DNA from: Chloroflexota bacterium
GTDB taxonomy: Bacteria; Chloroflexota; Dormibacteria; CF-121
NCBI GenBank assembly: GCA_005889535.1
Contig: VBHC01000113.1
Span: 1-62,509 of the forward strand
Direction: 5' to 3'
Length of the DNA stretch: 62,509 nucleotides
The notes beneath the pieces were generated by a model. The model did not search any database, was not told the origin of the DNA, and saw only the letters and a list, made by a program, of their open reading frames with translations. A program made the translations under genes and the position numbers. Positions 1-8,212 of the stretch are shown here, piece after piece; within the stretch, counting starts at the first letter, position 1; each line of letters opens with the position of its first letter.

Positions 1-15
1 AACGCCCCTACAGCC

Positions 16-1050
16 TTACGAGCCTGCCCTATGAGATCCGGACGAGGCCGCCAATCGCTGAGCCTGGTCGTACCAGCTGAGCACGCGCGTAGCGCGGAGG
101 GTGTTCCACCGACTCGGTTTCCCCTCGCCCTCGTCCATTGCGAAGTGCAGCTGGCCGAGATGGGGATTCTCGAGGGGCCAGCGGCCGTCCGCATCGCGCT
201 TGGACTCGACCAGGTCGATCGCCTCGGCCACCCTCTCGTCCGGAGTGGCGCCGGCCGCGCGCAGGTACTCGAGACCTCGGAGCACGTCATAGTGCCAATA
301 AGTCGGGTAGGAGAACTGCGTCCAGGCCGCGGGGCGACGGGACCTGCGGTCCTCGATAACCTCACCGGTCGACAGCCGGCGAAGCATCCGCCGCTCGAGT
401 AGGTACTCCTGGCCGCGGAGGCGGGCAGTGGTCACACTCGGGACGCTCCCCACCGCTCGCTCGTACTCCAGCAGACCCTCCAGCACGTCGATCGTGGTGT
501 GGAACGACCCCCGCGTTGATCCGTTCTCCTGCTCGCAGTTCCATCCGCCGTCGCTCATCTGCTCGGCGAGAAGCCGGGCGACGATGGGCTCGACCTCCTC
601 CCCGAAGTAGGCCCCGATCGCCACGGTTCTGCCGTTGATGCACGGCTCGACCTCGCCCTCAAAGAAGGGCTCGCCGTCGTGCTCCCATCTGCAGTGCTCG
701 CGGACCAGGCGGACGGCCTGGTGCGCTCCCGCGCTGGCAGGATCAAGACCGAACGCCCGCAACAGCATCAAGCTCCAGGTGGTGGAGGTCCATTCGGGGA
801 AGAGGGTGCCTTGCCTCTCGGGCGGCAGTGATTGCCACCAGTTCGCCGCGGCGCTGGAGGTAAACGTGGGGATGGCTCCATCCCACTGGCCATCCTGTCG
901 CTGAAGGGCGAGTAACCGTGCGCCCCAGCCCTCGCTGGCGACGCGGGCACGCTCGGCCGCGACCTGCTCCTCGGGCGCATCAGTAAGATCTCGCATCACC
1001 TGCCAGCGGATCGCCGGGTCGGAGTCCAACAGCCACTCGATGACGTCCAT
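16..1050 (-). CDS. Prenyltransferase/squalene-cyclase-repeat (alpha-alpha barrel) protein
   Basis: 344 aa ORF with repeated QW-like motifs (QRQDGQW, QMSDGGWNC, RDADGRWP). Substrate unknown. Confidence 0.65.
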   Translation of the reverse strand: MDVIEWLLDSDPAIRWQVMRDLTDAPEEQVAAERARVASEGWGARLLALQRQDGQWDGAIPTFTSSAAANWWQSLPPERQGTLFPEWTSTTWSLMLLRAFGLDPASAGAHQAVRLVREHCRWEHDGEPFFEGEVEPCINGRTVAIGAYFGEEVEPIVARLLAEQMSDGGWNCEQENGSTRGSFHTTIDVLEGLLEYERAVGSVPSVTTARLRGQEYLLERRMLRRLSTGEVIEDRRSRRPAAWTQFSYPTYWHYDVLRGLEYLRAAGATPDERVAEAIDLVESKRDADGRWPLENPHLGQLHFAMDEGEGKPSRWNTLRATRVLSWYDQAQRLAASSGSHRAGS

Positions 1051-1147
1051 GGCGGTTCTATCTCCTCCAAGTGGAATGTGAGTAAGAGTAGCGCCGAAAA
1101 CGAGAGTCAGGCAGGTCGACTCGCTCGAGCAACGGCGCTCGTCATTG

Positions 1148-1174
1148 GTTCGAATAGTGTCCGCCAGGGGCTAC
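1148..1174 (+). repeat. att-like repeat, copy 1 (GTTCGAATAGTGTCCGCCAGGGGCTAC)
   Basis: Near-identical to the copies at 1911, 2397 and 3084; intergenic. Confidence 0.85.
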
Positions 1175-1256
1175 TCCACTGAACGCGCCCCTCATCGAAT
1201 TCTGGGATCTCGTCGAAGGCGTGCTCAGGCCCGATGGAACGCGCTGGTCCCGACGC

Positions 1257-1694
1257 CTACTGCGGCAGGTGAAGGTCGAGGTCGAGCGTAATGTCCGTCA
1301 TCCTGCCGGCCTGGACGGTAACCTTTGCAAACTCATCCGAAGCGTATACGGAGTTGTCTCGCTTCTCGGCTGCTATCCAGTAGGTTCCGGGGGCTAAGGC
1401 GATTTGAAAGTGTCCGCTGCTGGCAGTTACAAGGCGTTTATAGGGTTCCAGCGGAGGGCCGAAGGGATTGAAGACGACGCGATCGAGCATGACATAAACC
1501 ACGGCCGTGACCGGAGTAAGGCGGCAGCTGGTTACGTCAGCGGCACAACGAACGACACCTTTGATGCCCGATTCGTGGCGGGACGAGAGGCTGATGACCA
1601 GGCTGACGGCCGCAACCACGACAAGCAGGGACACGGCCATCTCCATCCACCAGCGGCGATAGAACACCTTGAGACGACCGCCGGAAGACACCAC
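1257..1694 (-). CDS. Membrane-anchored hypothetical protein with a carboxypeptidase-regulatory-like (transthyretin-like) beta domain
   Basis: N-terminal TM helix followed by the pattern T...G.F.I.L.PGTY.I.A; lies between repeats 1 and 2. Confidence 0.55.
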   Translation of the reverse strand: MVSSGGRLKVFYRRWWMEMAVSLLVVVAAVSLVISLSSRHESGIKGVVRCAADVTSCRLTPVTAVVYVMLDRVVFNPFGPPLEPYKRLVTASSGHFQIALAPGTYWIAAEKRDNSVYASDEFAKVTVQAGRMTDITLDLDLHLPQ

Positions 1695-1910
1695 GACGAT
1701 GTGACGCGATCAGGGAGTAGACATTTCGGCTCGGCTTCCTTCGATGCCGGCTGATGGTCGCCCTAAGCTGGCTTCGGCAAAACTGCCGATCCTGGCGTGT
1801 AACCAAGCTCCCTCGTGACCGCCTCTTAGATGTAGGGATCAGCGGTGCTTAGACCGAGTTAGGCTGAACCAGGCCGGTGTCGGCCGATACCGAGCTGTTG
1901 CAATTCGACT

Positions 1911-1939
1911 GTTCGAATAGTGTGTTCGCCACGGGCTAT
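1911..1939 (+). repeat. att-like repeat, copy 2 (GTTCGAATAGTGTGTTCGCCACGGGCTAT)
   Basis: Same motif with a 2-nt insertion. Confidence 0.8.
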
Positions 1940-1976
1940 GACTCGCCTCTCTGAGCGGGCGGGGTGGCGCGACTCG

Positions 1977-2363
1977 CTAACTTTCGACGGGCCCGTAAGC
2001 TTCCGGATGCCTGCGGAGGTGGGCCTCAAACGTTGCTGCCAAAAGGCTATCTGTCGGCACGGCTGCGGCGTACGCCGCGTCCAATCTGCCCTCTGCCTCC
2101 ACGGCGTCTTCAGGCGGCACCGAGCGCGCCTCCTCGATTATTTGGGCGGCGTCGTTCAGACCGAAGTAACGGTACCCGTGGAGGGCCGAGTCGAGCTCCT
2201 CAGCGGACAGGGCTTCAACACAATGGAGAACGCCACCGTTCATGGTGATGTTGTGAGCCAAAAGCATTGCCGAGAGCTCCGTGTCACCCGACTGCGGTCC
2301 CGGACGCCCCACCAACTCGCAGGCGCGGTTCCACACGCGGTTTGCCATCGAGAGCTCTGTCAT
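1977..2363 (-). CDS. DUF4375/DMP19-like small acidic protein
   Basis: 128 aa helical protein with MNGG and YRYFGL motifs resembling the DMP19/DUF4375 pattern; lies between repeats 2 and 3. Confidence 0.5.
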   Translation of the reverse strand: MTELSMANRVWNRACELVGRPGPQSGDTELSAMLLAHNITMNGGVLHCVEALSAEELDSALHGYRYFGLNDAAQIIEEARSVPPEDAVEAEGRLDAAYAAAVPTDSLLAATFEAHLRRHPEAYGPVES

Positions 2364-2396
2364 GAGGCTCCGAATATAGCCGCCGACGTCATCTTT

Positions 2397-2423
2397 GTTC
2401 GATTAGTGTCCGCCACGAGCTAT
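2397..2423 (+). repeat. att-like repeat, copy 3 (GTTCGATTAGTGTCCGCCACGAGCTAT)
   Basis: Same motif; intergenic. Confidence 0.85.
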
Positions 2424-2560
2424 GAACCTCCGCCAGCTCCCCTGGTTCCGCACGTCCTAATGCCAGATAGCTACACGGCTCCCCGACCGGACGAACCGTG
2501 GCAGGACAAAACTAAGGATCGTCCGCCTTGCTGCTGGGTCAGTGAGACTGCGACTCGAAG

Positions 2561-2992
2561 ATGACTGGAGAAACGGCGTTCCAGGTAGCGCTCTCAGTGA
2601 TCGTCTGGGTTTCCCTGGGCGTCTTTCTTGTCGGACTCGTCGTCGGCGCCACGCTGCTGCCCAGTTCCTACCGATTGGCGCTTGGCATCCTGTTCGTGGT
2701 GACCTTCAGCGGATTCGTATTCTCATTCCACACCGGCTTCTCGATTGGCCGATTCACGGTGGTTCTCCCTTTGGTTGCCACGGCGTTCGCCGTAACCTAC
2801 GCACGCTCGTGGCGCTTGCAGGTTTTGGCACACGCGGCTGCGCTCGTCACCTATGTGGTTCTGGCCTGGCTGATCATCGGCATCAGCTGGGGCATCCCGA
2901 TCGACTTGCCTATCTGCTTCCTCGCCTACGTCGTGGCTTTCCTATTGCCACCTCCGACTAGTCCTACCGTGGTAACAGGCGGGGGCGGCTAA
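2561..2992 (+). CDS. Hypothetical multi-pass membrane protein
   Basis: 143 aa with about 4-5 hydrophobic segments; lies between repeats 3 and 4. Confidence 0.6.
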   Translation: MTGETAFQVALSVIVWVSLGVFLVGLVVGATLLPSSYRLALGILFVVTFSGFVFSFHTGFSIGRFTVVLPLVATAFAVTYARSWRLQVLAHAAALVTYVVLAWLIIGISWGIPIDLPICFLAYVVAFLLPPPTSPTVVTGGGG

Positions 2993-3083
2993 GCCCTGCC
3001 GGTCCGATCAGGGGCTGGCAAGCTCGACATCACAGCAGGACTGGGGCGTTGGCGGACATCAAAGGGAGGCGCCCAATTCAATT

Positions 3084-3128
3084 GTTCGATTAGTGTCCGC
3101 CACGGGCTACAAGCCGAACACTAATCGA
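3084..3128 (+). repeat. att-like repeat, copy 4 (3084-3110) plus an inverted arm (3115-3128)
   Basis: GTTCGATTAGTGTCCGCCACGGGCTAC is followed by CGAACACTAATCGA, a 13/14 inverted match to 3086-3099. Confidence 0.85.
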
Positions 3129-3133
3129 CGCCA

Positions 3134-3334
3134 CTATCGGTCCCCTCGAAACCGCGCATTGAGCCCGCCTCGTCGGGTCGCGGTCAGAGTGCCAATCACG
3201 AGCAGGGCAATGGCTATAGCTCCGAGCGCGACGCCAGCGTCCGGAGAGCCATCAGCGATAACCCGTGCAGCGATCCCAACGAAAATGAAGCCAAAGAGGA
3301 CGACTTGCCAGGGTCGGATGAGTCCGGCGACCAC
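3134..3334 (-). CDS. Small two-TM hypothetical protein
   Basis: 66 aa with two hydrophobic helices and a basic C-terminal tail. Confidence 0.5.
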   Translation of the reverse strand: MVAGLIRPWQVVLFGFIFVGIAARVIADGSPDAGVALGAIAIALLVIGTLTATRRGGLNARFRGDR

Positions 3335-3534
3335 GCTCAGATCCTAACCTGCGTCCGTGAATTGCGTTCCGTTAGCCCTCGGGCTTACACCCTGGCGTTT
3401 TCAAATCACTGATCGTGCGCCTACAGTTTGCGCCGCCTCGCCCGCCCGATTATGACGAGCGCCGCACCCAGGGCTACGACTATGATCAGGACCCAGATAG
3501 GAAAGGAACTGGCTTCATTACAAGTGGCATTGGA

Positions 3535-3729
3535 TTAATGCCTCCTAATAACCGCGACGATAGCGATCAGCAAGGCTAGCCCAACGACCCCAGCTCCTAC
3601 CATCCCAGCTTGCGGACCTCCCGGTCCCTGACCAACTAGGCGGAGTCCAATCCCAGCAGCCAGGAGGACGAACACGAGAACGAGAAGTATTAATCTGCCG
3701 CCTAAGGACGACGGATTTCGCCGGAACAT
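3535..3729 (-). CDS. Small two-TM hypothetical protein
   Basis: 64 aa with two hydrophobic helices. Confidence 0.5.
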   Translation of the reverse strand: MFRRNPSSLGGRLILLVLVFVLLAAGIGLRLVGQGPGGPQAGMVGAGVVGLALLIAIVAVIRRH

Positions 3730-4119
3730 CGCTAACTCAGCCTTACGAAAAGGGTGGCCGGTCCAGGGCCCGGCCGACCCTCCCGATAGTGCCGCCTAAT
3801 ACCAGGCCCCAATGACATCGACAAGGAAGTTGCCGAAATCCGTGCGAAGTCATCGGCGTCAAGAATGTTCGCGAAGTTGGCATAGCCTTCGCTCCTAGCA
3901 TCTCATTCCGCCGCCAATGAGGCATCTTCCAAGCAGCTCGGCCAATGAAATCTTGAGTTGGCCATCGGTAGCTAAGACTCGTGTCATGTGTAGTCGCGAT
4001 GGCTTTCCTCACCAACCGCACCTAGGTGCTAGCCCGGCATGGTGGGACAACAAGGCGCTACTGCGTCGGCCCAAGTCGAAGTAGTCCCGACCATGATTAG
4101 TTGTTACGCCCTAAATTGG

Positions 4120-4196
4120 TGGTGTCCCCGACAGGATTTGAACCTGTGCACCCGGCTCCGGAGGCCGGTGCTCTATCCAGGCTGAGCTACGGGGAC
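4120..4196 (-). tRNA. tRNA-Arg (anticodon CCG)
   Basis: Cloverleaf: GTCCCCG acceptor stem, GCTC/GAGC D stem, CCGGC-CT CCG GA-GCCGG anticodon arm, GGTTCAAATCC T arm, encoded CCA. A TATAAT -10 lies at 4211-4216 (minus strand). Confidence 0.97.
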
Positions 4197-4360
4197 ACGG
4201 ACGGGACTCGATTATAAAGACGCCGCGAAGGGCTGGTCGGCGGTTCGCGACTTGCCTTACGGAATCCGTTACAGGCGTCACCCCGCTGATTGATCACGCT
4301 CCATAAGCTGGCTTTAGGACAGGCCGGTTGGAGCGAGCTGCCTGTTCTGGAGGTGGAACC

Positions 4361-4447
4361 GTGCGCCGCTTTCTGAACCCTTGGGTCCTGATCGTGATTG
4401 CCGCGGCCGTGCTTTCCTGCGCCGAAGTCTGGCCGAACCCGCTGTAG
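4361..4447 (+). CDS. Putative secreted signalling propeptide (28 aa, MRRFLNPWVLIVIAAAVLSCAEVWPNPL)
   Basis: GGAGGT SD at 4349-4354, GTG start, basic n-region, hydrophobic h-region and an S-C-A cleavage site. Directly upstream of the HTH-TPR gene. Below the ORF-track size cutoff. Confidence 0.75.
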   Translation: MRRFLNPWVLIVIAAAVLSCAEVWPNPL

Positions 4448-4472
4448 CCGGCCTGCACTGTCAAGTGCCGAT

Positions 4473-4481
4473 TGCTAGACT
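4473..4481 (+). promoter_or_regulatory. Extended -10 (TG-C-TAGACT), probable leaderless promoter of HTH-TPR gene 1
   Basis: Ends 7 nt before the ATG at 4489; no SD is visible. Confidence 0.5.
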
Positions 4482-4488
4482 GTAGGCC

Positions 4489-5850
4489 ATGCTTACCAAG
4501 CGGCGCCCGGGGCGTCCTTCTACGGACGACCCCGGGGCGCCGAGTTCTCTTGGCCAACGGATTCGGCAATCCCGGCAGGCACTCGGGCTGAGCCTCGCGG
4601 CCGTAGCCGGCGACGATTTCAGCCGAGCCTTTCTCAACCAGGTCGAGCTCGGCCGCGCCCAGCCATCCACCCAAACCCTGCGCATCATTGCCCGCCGGCT
4701 CCAGCAACCAATCGACTATTTCCTTGAAGAGCCCGGTGACTCGAGCGCGGCACTGGAACTCATCCTTACCGAAGCGGAGATGAGCCTGTACCATAGCGAC
4801 GCCGGGCGTGCCGAACGACTCGTCGGCCGCATGCTGCATCGGCCCCTTCCGCTCGAGCTTCGAACCCGGGCTCAGTTGGTCCTGGGCACGGCGTTCTTGA
4901 GGCAGGGAAAGCCGGAGGCCGCCAAACCCGTGCTCGAGGAGGCAATCGAGGTCGCCGAGCGGTCGCCGTGGCCACACCTGCTCGTCGACCTCTATGACCG
5001 GCTGGGCAGTGTCTACTACCTCCTTCGCCATGCCCATGCGGCTGGCCAGTGGTTCGAGCGTGCGATCGAGCGTTACCAGTCGGCGGGCCTGAAAGACCCG
5101 GGGTTGAAGGCCCGCGTCCTGGGTCACCGGGCCAACCTCCATTACGTGGCCGGCCAGCCCACCGAGGCGATCGCGGCCTATGAATCGGCAATCGCCGCCG
5201 CCGAAGAGGTCCTGGACATGTCGGCACTCGCCGGCATCTACGAGGGACTCGCCCTTTCGCTACGGCAGACCGGGCAATACCATCGAGCGCTCGCATACGC
5301 GCAAAAGGGTCTGCGCCTTTTCGAGACGCTAAACGACGTCCGGATGACGGCACAGCTGCGCCTCAACATGGGCGACATGCTGCTGCAGCAGGGTCGCGTC
5401 ACGGAGGCCGATCGGCTCTTTTCCGAGGGTGCCGAGCACCTTCGCCGGATCGGCGACCACGAGCTCCTCCCCCATCTGGTCGTGGGCATGGCTGAGTCCG
5501 CTCTCGAATTCAAGGACCTGGAACGCGCGCAGGACCTCGTCCAACAGGCGATTGACCTGGCGGCTCGCTCGAGCGATCCGCTGGCGGCGGTGGCCGTCCA
5601 TCGGGTAGCCGGACGAATCGCCCACGCCCGAGGTCAGCGGGAAATCTCGCATCGTCACTTCGAGCGCGCGCTGGAAGTGGCGGCGTCCGTCGACAACCCT
5701 GACCTTCGAGCCCGGGTCACCTACGATTTCGCACGGGCGCTCGAGGCCGAGGGCGACAGTGCCAATGCGGCGCTCCGCTTTCGGCAAGCCTACGAGGCGG
5801 GCCGGGGCCCGGCGCCAGCTGCCGGCATGTCAAGTCCACTTGGCGCATAG
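4489..5850 (+). CDS. XRE-HTH + TPR transcriptional regulator (RRNPP-like peptide receptor candidate 1)
   Basis: N-terminal HTH_3 (GQRIRQSRQALGLSLAAVAG...FLNQVELGRAQPS) followed by tandem TPR-like helices with Asn residues (RANLHY, RLNMGD). Confidence 0.9.
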   Translation: MLTKRRPGRPSTDDPGAPSSLGQRIRQSRQALGLSLAAVAGDDFSRAFLNQVELGRAQPSTQTLRIIARRLQQPIDYFLEEPGDSSAALELILTEAEMSLYHSDAGRAERLVGRMLHRPLPLELRTRAQLVLGTAFLRQGKPEAAKPVLEEAIEVAERSPWPHLLVDLYDRLGSVYYLLRHAHAAGQWFERAIERYQSAGLKDPGLKARVLGHRANLHYVAGQPTEAIAAYESAIAAAEEVLDMSALAGIYEGLALSLRQTGQYHRALAYAQKGLRLFETLNDVRMTAQLRLNMGDMLLQQGRVTEADRLFSEGAEHLRRIGDHELLPHLVVGMAESALEFKDLERAQDLVQQAIDLAARSSDPLAAVAVHRVAGRIAHARGQREISHRHFERALEVAASVDNPDLRARVTYDFARALEAEGDSANAALRFRQAYEAGRGPAPAAGMSSPLGA

Positions 5851-5861
5851 GTAGGCCCCAC

Positions 5862-5891
5862 TTGACACGGGTTGATGCGACCAGCCATAAT
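5862..5891 (+). promoter_or_regulatory. Sigma70-type promoter TTGACA-N18-CATAAT upstream of the bldD homolog
   Basis: Read directly from the sequence. Confidence 0.65.
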
Positions 5892-5995
5892 GACGACCAC
5901 GGAAGGTGGTTTCGTTCGCGGAGAACGATCCCCCCGCCACCCTCCGCTCCGAACACGCAAAAAGTTTGGTTAGCGTCGCACCGTGCGATAGACTG

Positions 5996-6010
5996 GTCAC
6001 ACACAGTCAA
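5996..6010 (+). promoter_or_regulatory. BldD-box-like site GTCACACACAGTCAA
   Basis: One mismatch to the Streptomyces consensus NTNACNCWGNGTNAN; ends 9 nt before the bldD ATG. Confidence 0.45.
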
Positions 6011-6019
6011 GGGGGACTA

Positions 6020-6553
6020 ATGGACGGGTACTCGCGAAAAGTGGGGGCCAGGCTGCGCAGCCTACGGAAGCAGCGTGGCTTGACGCTGCAGCAAGTAGAG
6101 GTCCTCTCGAACAAGCGGCTCAAGGGCTCGCTCCTCGCCGCCTACGAGCGCGGGGACCGCAATATCTCGGTGACCCGCCTGCACCAGATCGCCACCCTCT
6201 ACAGCGTCCCGGTGAACCAGCTGCTGCCCGAAGAGATCGAAGGCGTTGGGGAGCCGGCGCTTCCGCCAAAGCTGGCGATCGACCTCAGCCAGCTGCAGGG
6301 CCTCCCCGAGCGCCAGGGATCGATCCTGGCGCGACATGTGGCCCGGCTCCAGCAGCAGCGGCAGGACTTCAACACCCCGGTCGTAACCTTCCGCAGCGAC
6401 GACCTCGAGCAACTCGCGGCCGCTTACAAGACGACCCCGGAGATGCTGCGCCGGTCCCTGAATGAGTGGGGTGTCTTCCGTCCTGGCCAGGCGCCGGGCG
6501 AGCGTCCCGAAGTCGAACGCGACATCCCGCCGGAGCCGGCCGAGAACCCCTAG
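6020..6553 (+). CDS. bldD: BldD-family transcriptional regulator (XRE HTH + c-di-GMP-binding CTD)
   Basis: YSRKVGARLRSLR...AYERGDRNISVTRL...LYSVPVNQLLP HTH; the CTD carries RQD-FNTPVVTF-RSDD (RxD-X8-RxxD). Start moved to the ATG at 6020, after a GGGGA SD. Confidence 0.85.
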   Translation: MDGYSRKVGARLRSLRKQRGLTLQQVEVLSNKRLKGSLLAAYERGDRNISVTRLHQIATLYSVPVNQLLPEEIEGVGEPALPPKLAIDLSQLQGLPERQGSILARHVARLQQQRQDFNTPVVTFRSDDLEQLAAAYKTTPEMLRRSLNEWGVFRPGQAPGERPEVERDIPPEPAENP

Positions 6554-6560
6554 GCGGACC

Positions 6561-6860
6561 CTAGAAGGGGATTTCTCCCTGAGGCGTCGAGGGCGGCTGG
6601 CCGCGCTCCGCCCGGAGCTCCGCCACCGTCGCCGGATGCGGCGCCTGTTCGTCGGGCAGCGGTGCTTCCGTCACCGGAAGGCTCTCGATCCGCTGACGGG
6701 CCTCTTCGAGCTTTCGCTCGCAGAGCTCGAGGTATTCGCGGCCGCGCGCGACCGCGCCGATCGCCTCCTCCAGGCTGAGCTTGCCTTCCTCCAGCGACCG
6801 CAGCGTCGCGTCGAGCTGCGCAAGGGCTTGCTCATACGTGATCGACTGGTCCACGCTCAT
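6561..6860 (-). CDS. xseB: Exodeoxyribonuclease VII small subunit
   Basis: TYEQALAQLD...LEEGKLSLEEAI motif; directly after xseA. Confidence 0.9.
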   Translation of the reverse strand: MSVDQSITYEQALAQLDATLRSLEEGKLSLEEAIGAVARGREYLELCERKLEEARQRIESLPVTEAPLPDEQAPHPATVAELRAERGQPPSTPQGEIPF

Positions 6861-8212
6861 GGAACGACCTGATCGACAGTGGCTTCCAGCCGTCCAGCGG
6901 AAAGCAGAACGTTGACCGGCTGCCCCTGGCGCGCCTCGAGGGCCTCCCGGATGATGCCGCCAGTCTGGCCGTCGACGCAGATGCTGTAGCCGCGCTTGAG
7001 CGTCTGTTCGGGAGCGAGAGCCGTGAGCCGAGCCGCCCGGCCCTCCAGGTTCCCCCGCCGGTCGCGAATGCCACGCTCGCCGAGTCCGATGAGCCGATCG
7101 CGTAAGCCCCCGACCTGGAGCCGCGCGCTAGCCATGCGGTGCGCGGTGGCGTCGCGAGCGCCGGTCAGGCGCCGCCGGCACTCCTGGAGCGACCGTTCCC
7201 GCTGGCGCCAGACCTCGCGCGGTTCTCGCTGACGCAGCATGCTCGTGAGATGCGCCAGCCGCTCCCTACGGCGGCTGTAAAGCTCGCCGGCCAGTCGCGC
7301 AACCGTTTGACGCCGGAGCTGCACCTGGTGCACCGGCACGATCAGCGCCGTCAGCCCGGCGCGTTGGAGTCGCTGGCCGCGCTCGCCCAGCTGCCGGCGC
7401 AGGTCGGCTTTCTTCGGCACCACGATCTCAGCAGCCGCGGTCGGCGTCCGCGCCTCGCGGTCTGCCACAAGGTCGGCGAGCGTGCGGTCCGAGGTATGAC
7501 CCAGCGCCGTGATAACCGGGATCCGCATCGTCTGGATGGCGCGCACCACGGCTTCCTGGTTGAACGCCATCAGCTCTTCGAAGCTGCCCCCACCGCGGGC
7601 CACGATGACGACATCGGCCAGGCCGTCCTGGTCACACTGCCTCAGCGCGGCCACCAGGCTGCGCTGCGACGCCGTGCCCTGCACCAGCGCCGGATAGAGG
7701 GCGAGCCGCATGTTGGGAAAGCGTTCCCAGATCGTCTGCTGCAGATCGTGGATCACAGCGCCGCTGGGCGAGGTGATGAAGGCGATGCAGCGAGGCAGGA
7801 AGGGCAACGCCCGCTTGCGGTCGGGTGCGAAGGCGCCTTCGGCCTCCAGCCGGCGCTTCAGCTGCTCGATGGCGGCCCGCAGCTTGCCGGCGCCGTCGTA
7901 ATCGAGCCGGCTGACAACCAGATTGACCCGGCCGTATTGCGCGTGGTAGTCGACCTGGCAGGTGACGACCAGCTCCTGGCCGTTTTCCGGCAGAAACGGT
8001 AGCCGCCGGGCCGTGCCGCTGAAGATCACCGCGCCCACGCTGGCCGTGGCGTCTTTGAGCGTGAACCAGACGTGCCCATTCCGAAGCGAGACCCCGCTGA
8101 CCTCGCCTTTGACCACCACGGTTTGAAAGCGAGCGGCGAGCAGGTCGTGGATCCGCGTGTTCAGCTCCAGGACCGTGAGCGGCTTGATCGCCTCCTGCGG
8201 CTGGATCGCCAT
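6857..8212 (-). CDS. xseA: Exodeoxyribonuclease VII large subunit
   Basis: OB fold (GEVSG...GHVWFTLKD), ITSPSGAVIHD, RGGGSFEEL, LGHTSD and TPTAAAE. Confidence 0.95.
   Translation of the reverse strand: MAIQPQEAIKPLTVLELNTRIHDLLAARFQTVVVKGEVSGVSLRNGHVWFTLKDATASVGAVIFSGTARRLPFLPENGQELVVTCQVDYHAQYGRVNLVVSRLDYDGAGKLRAAIEQLKRRLEAEGAFAPDRKRALPFLPRCIAFITSPSGAVIHDLQQTIWERFPNMRLALYPALVQGTASQRSLVAALRQCDQDGLADVVIVARGGGSFEELMAFNQEAVVRAIQTMRIPVITALGHTSDRTLADLVADREARTPTAAAEIVVPKKADLRRQLGERGQRLQRAGLTALIVPVHQVQLRRQTVARLAGELYSRRRERLAHLTSMLRQREPREVWRQRERSLQECRRRLTGARDATAHRMASARLQVGGLRDRLIGLGERGIRDRRGNLEGRAARLTALAPEQTLKRGYSICVDGQTGGIIREALEARQGQPVNVLLSAGRLEATVDQVVP

Noticed and set aside
16-1050. Hopanoid or terpene biosynthesis cluster
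   Set aside because: It is a single-domain protein with no DXDD motif and no neighbouring hpn genes.
1148-3128. Repeats read as a CRISPR array or as classical integron attC sites
   Set aside because: The spacers are 460-740 bp and contain genes, and there are no cas genes. The repeats lack the RYYYAAC...GTTRRRY palindromic attC structure.
3460-3480. CCAGGGCTAC as a fifth att repeat
   Set aside because: Only the last ~10 nt match; the GTTCGAWTAGTGT half is missing.
3743-4021. 92 aa ORF next to the tRNA
   Set aside because: No SD, no motif and atypical composition; cannot be supported.
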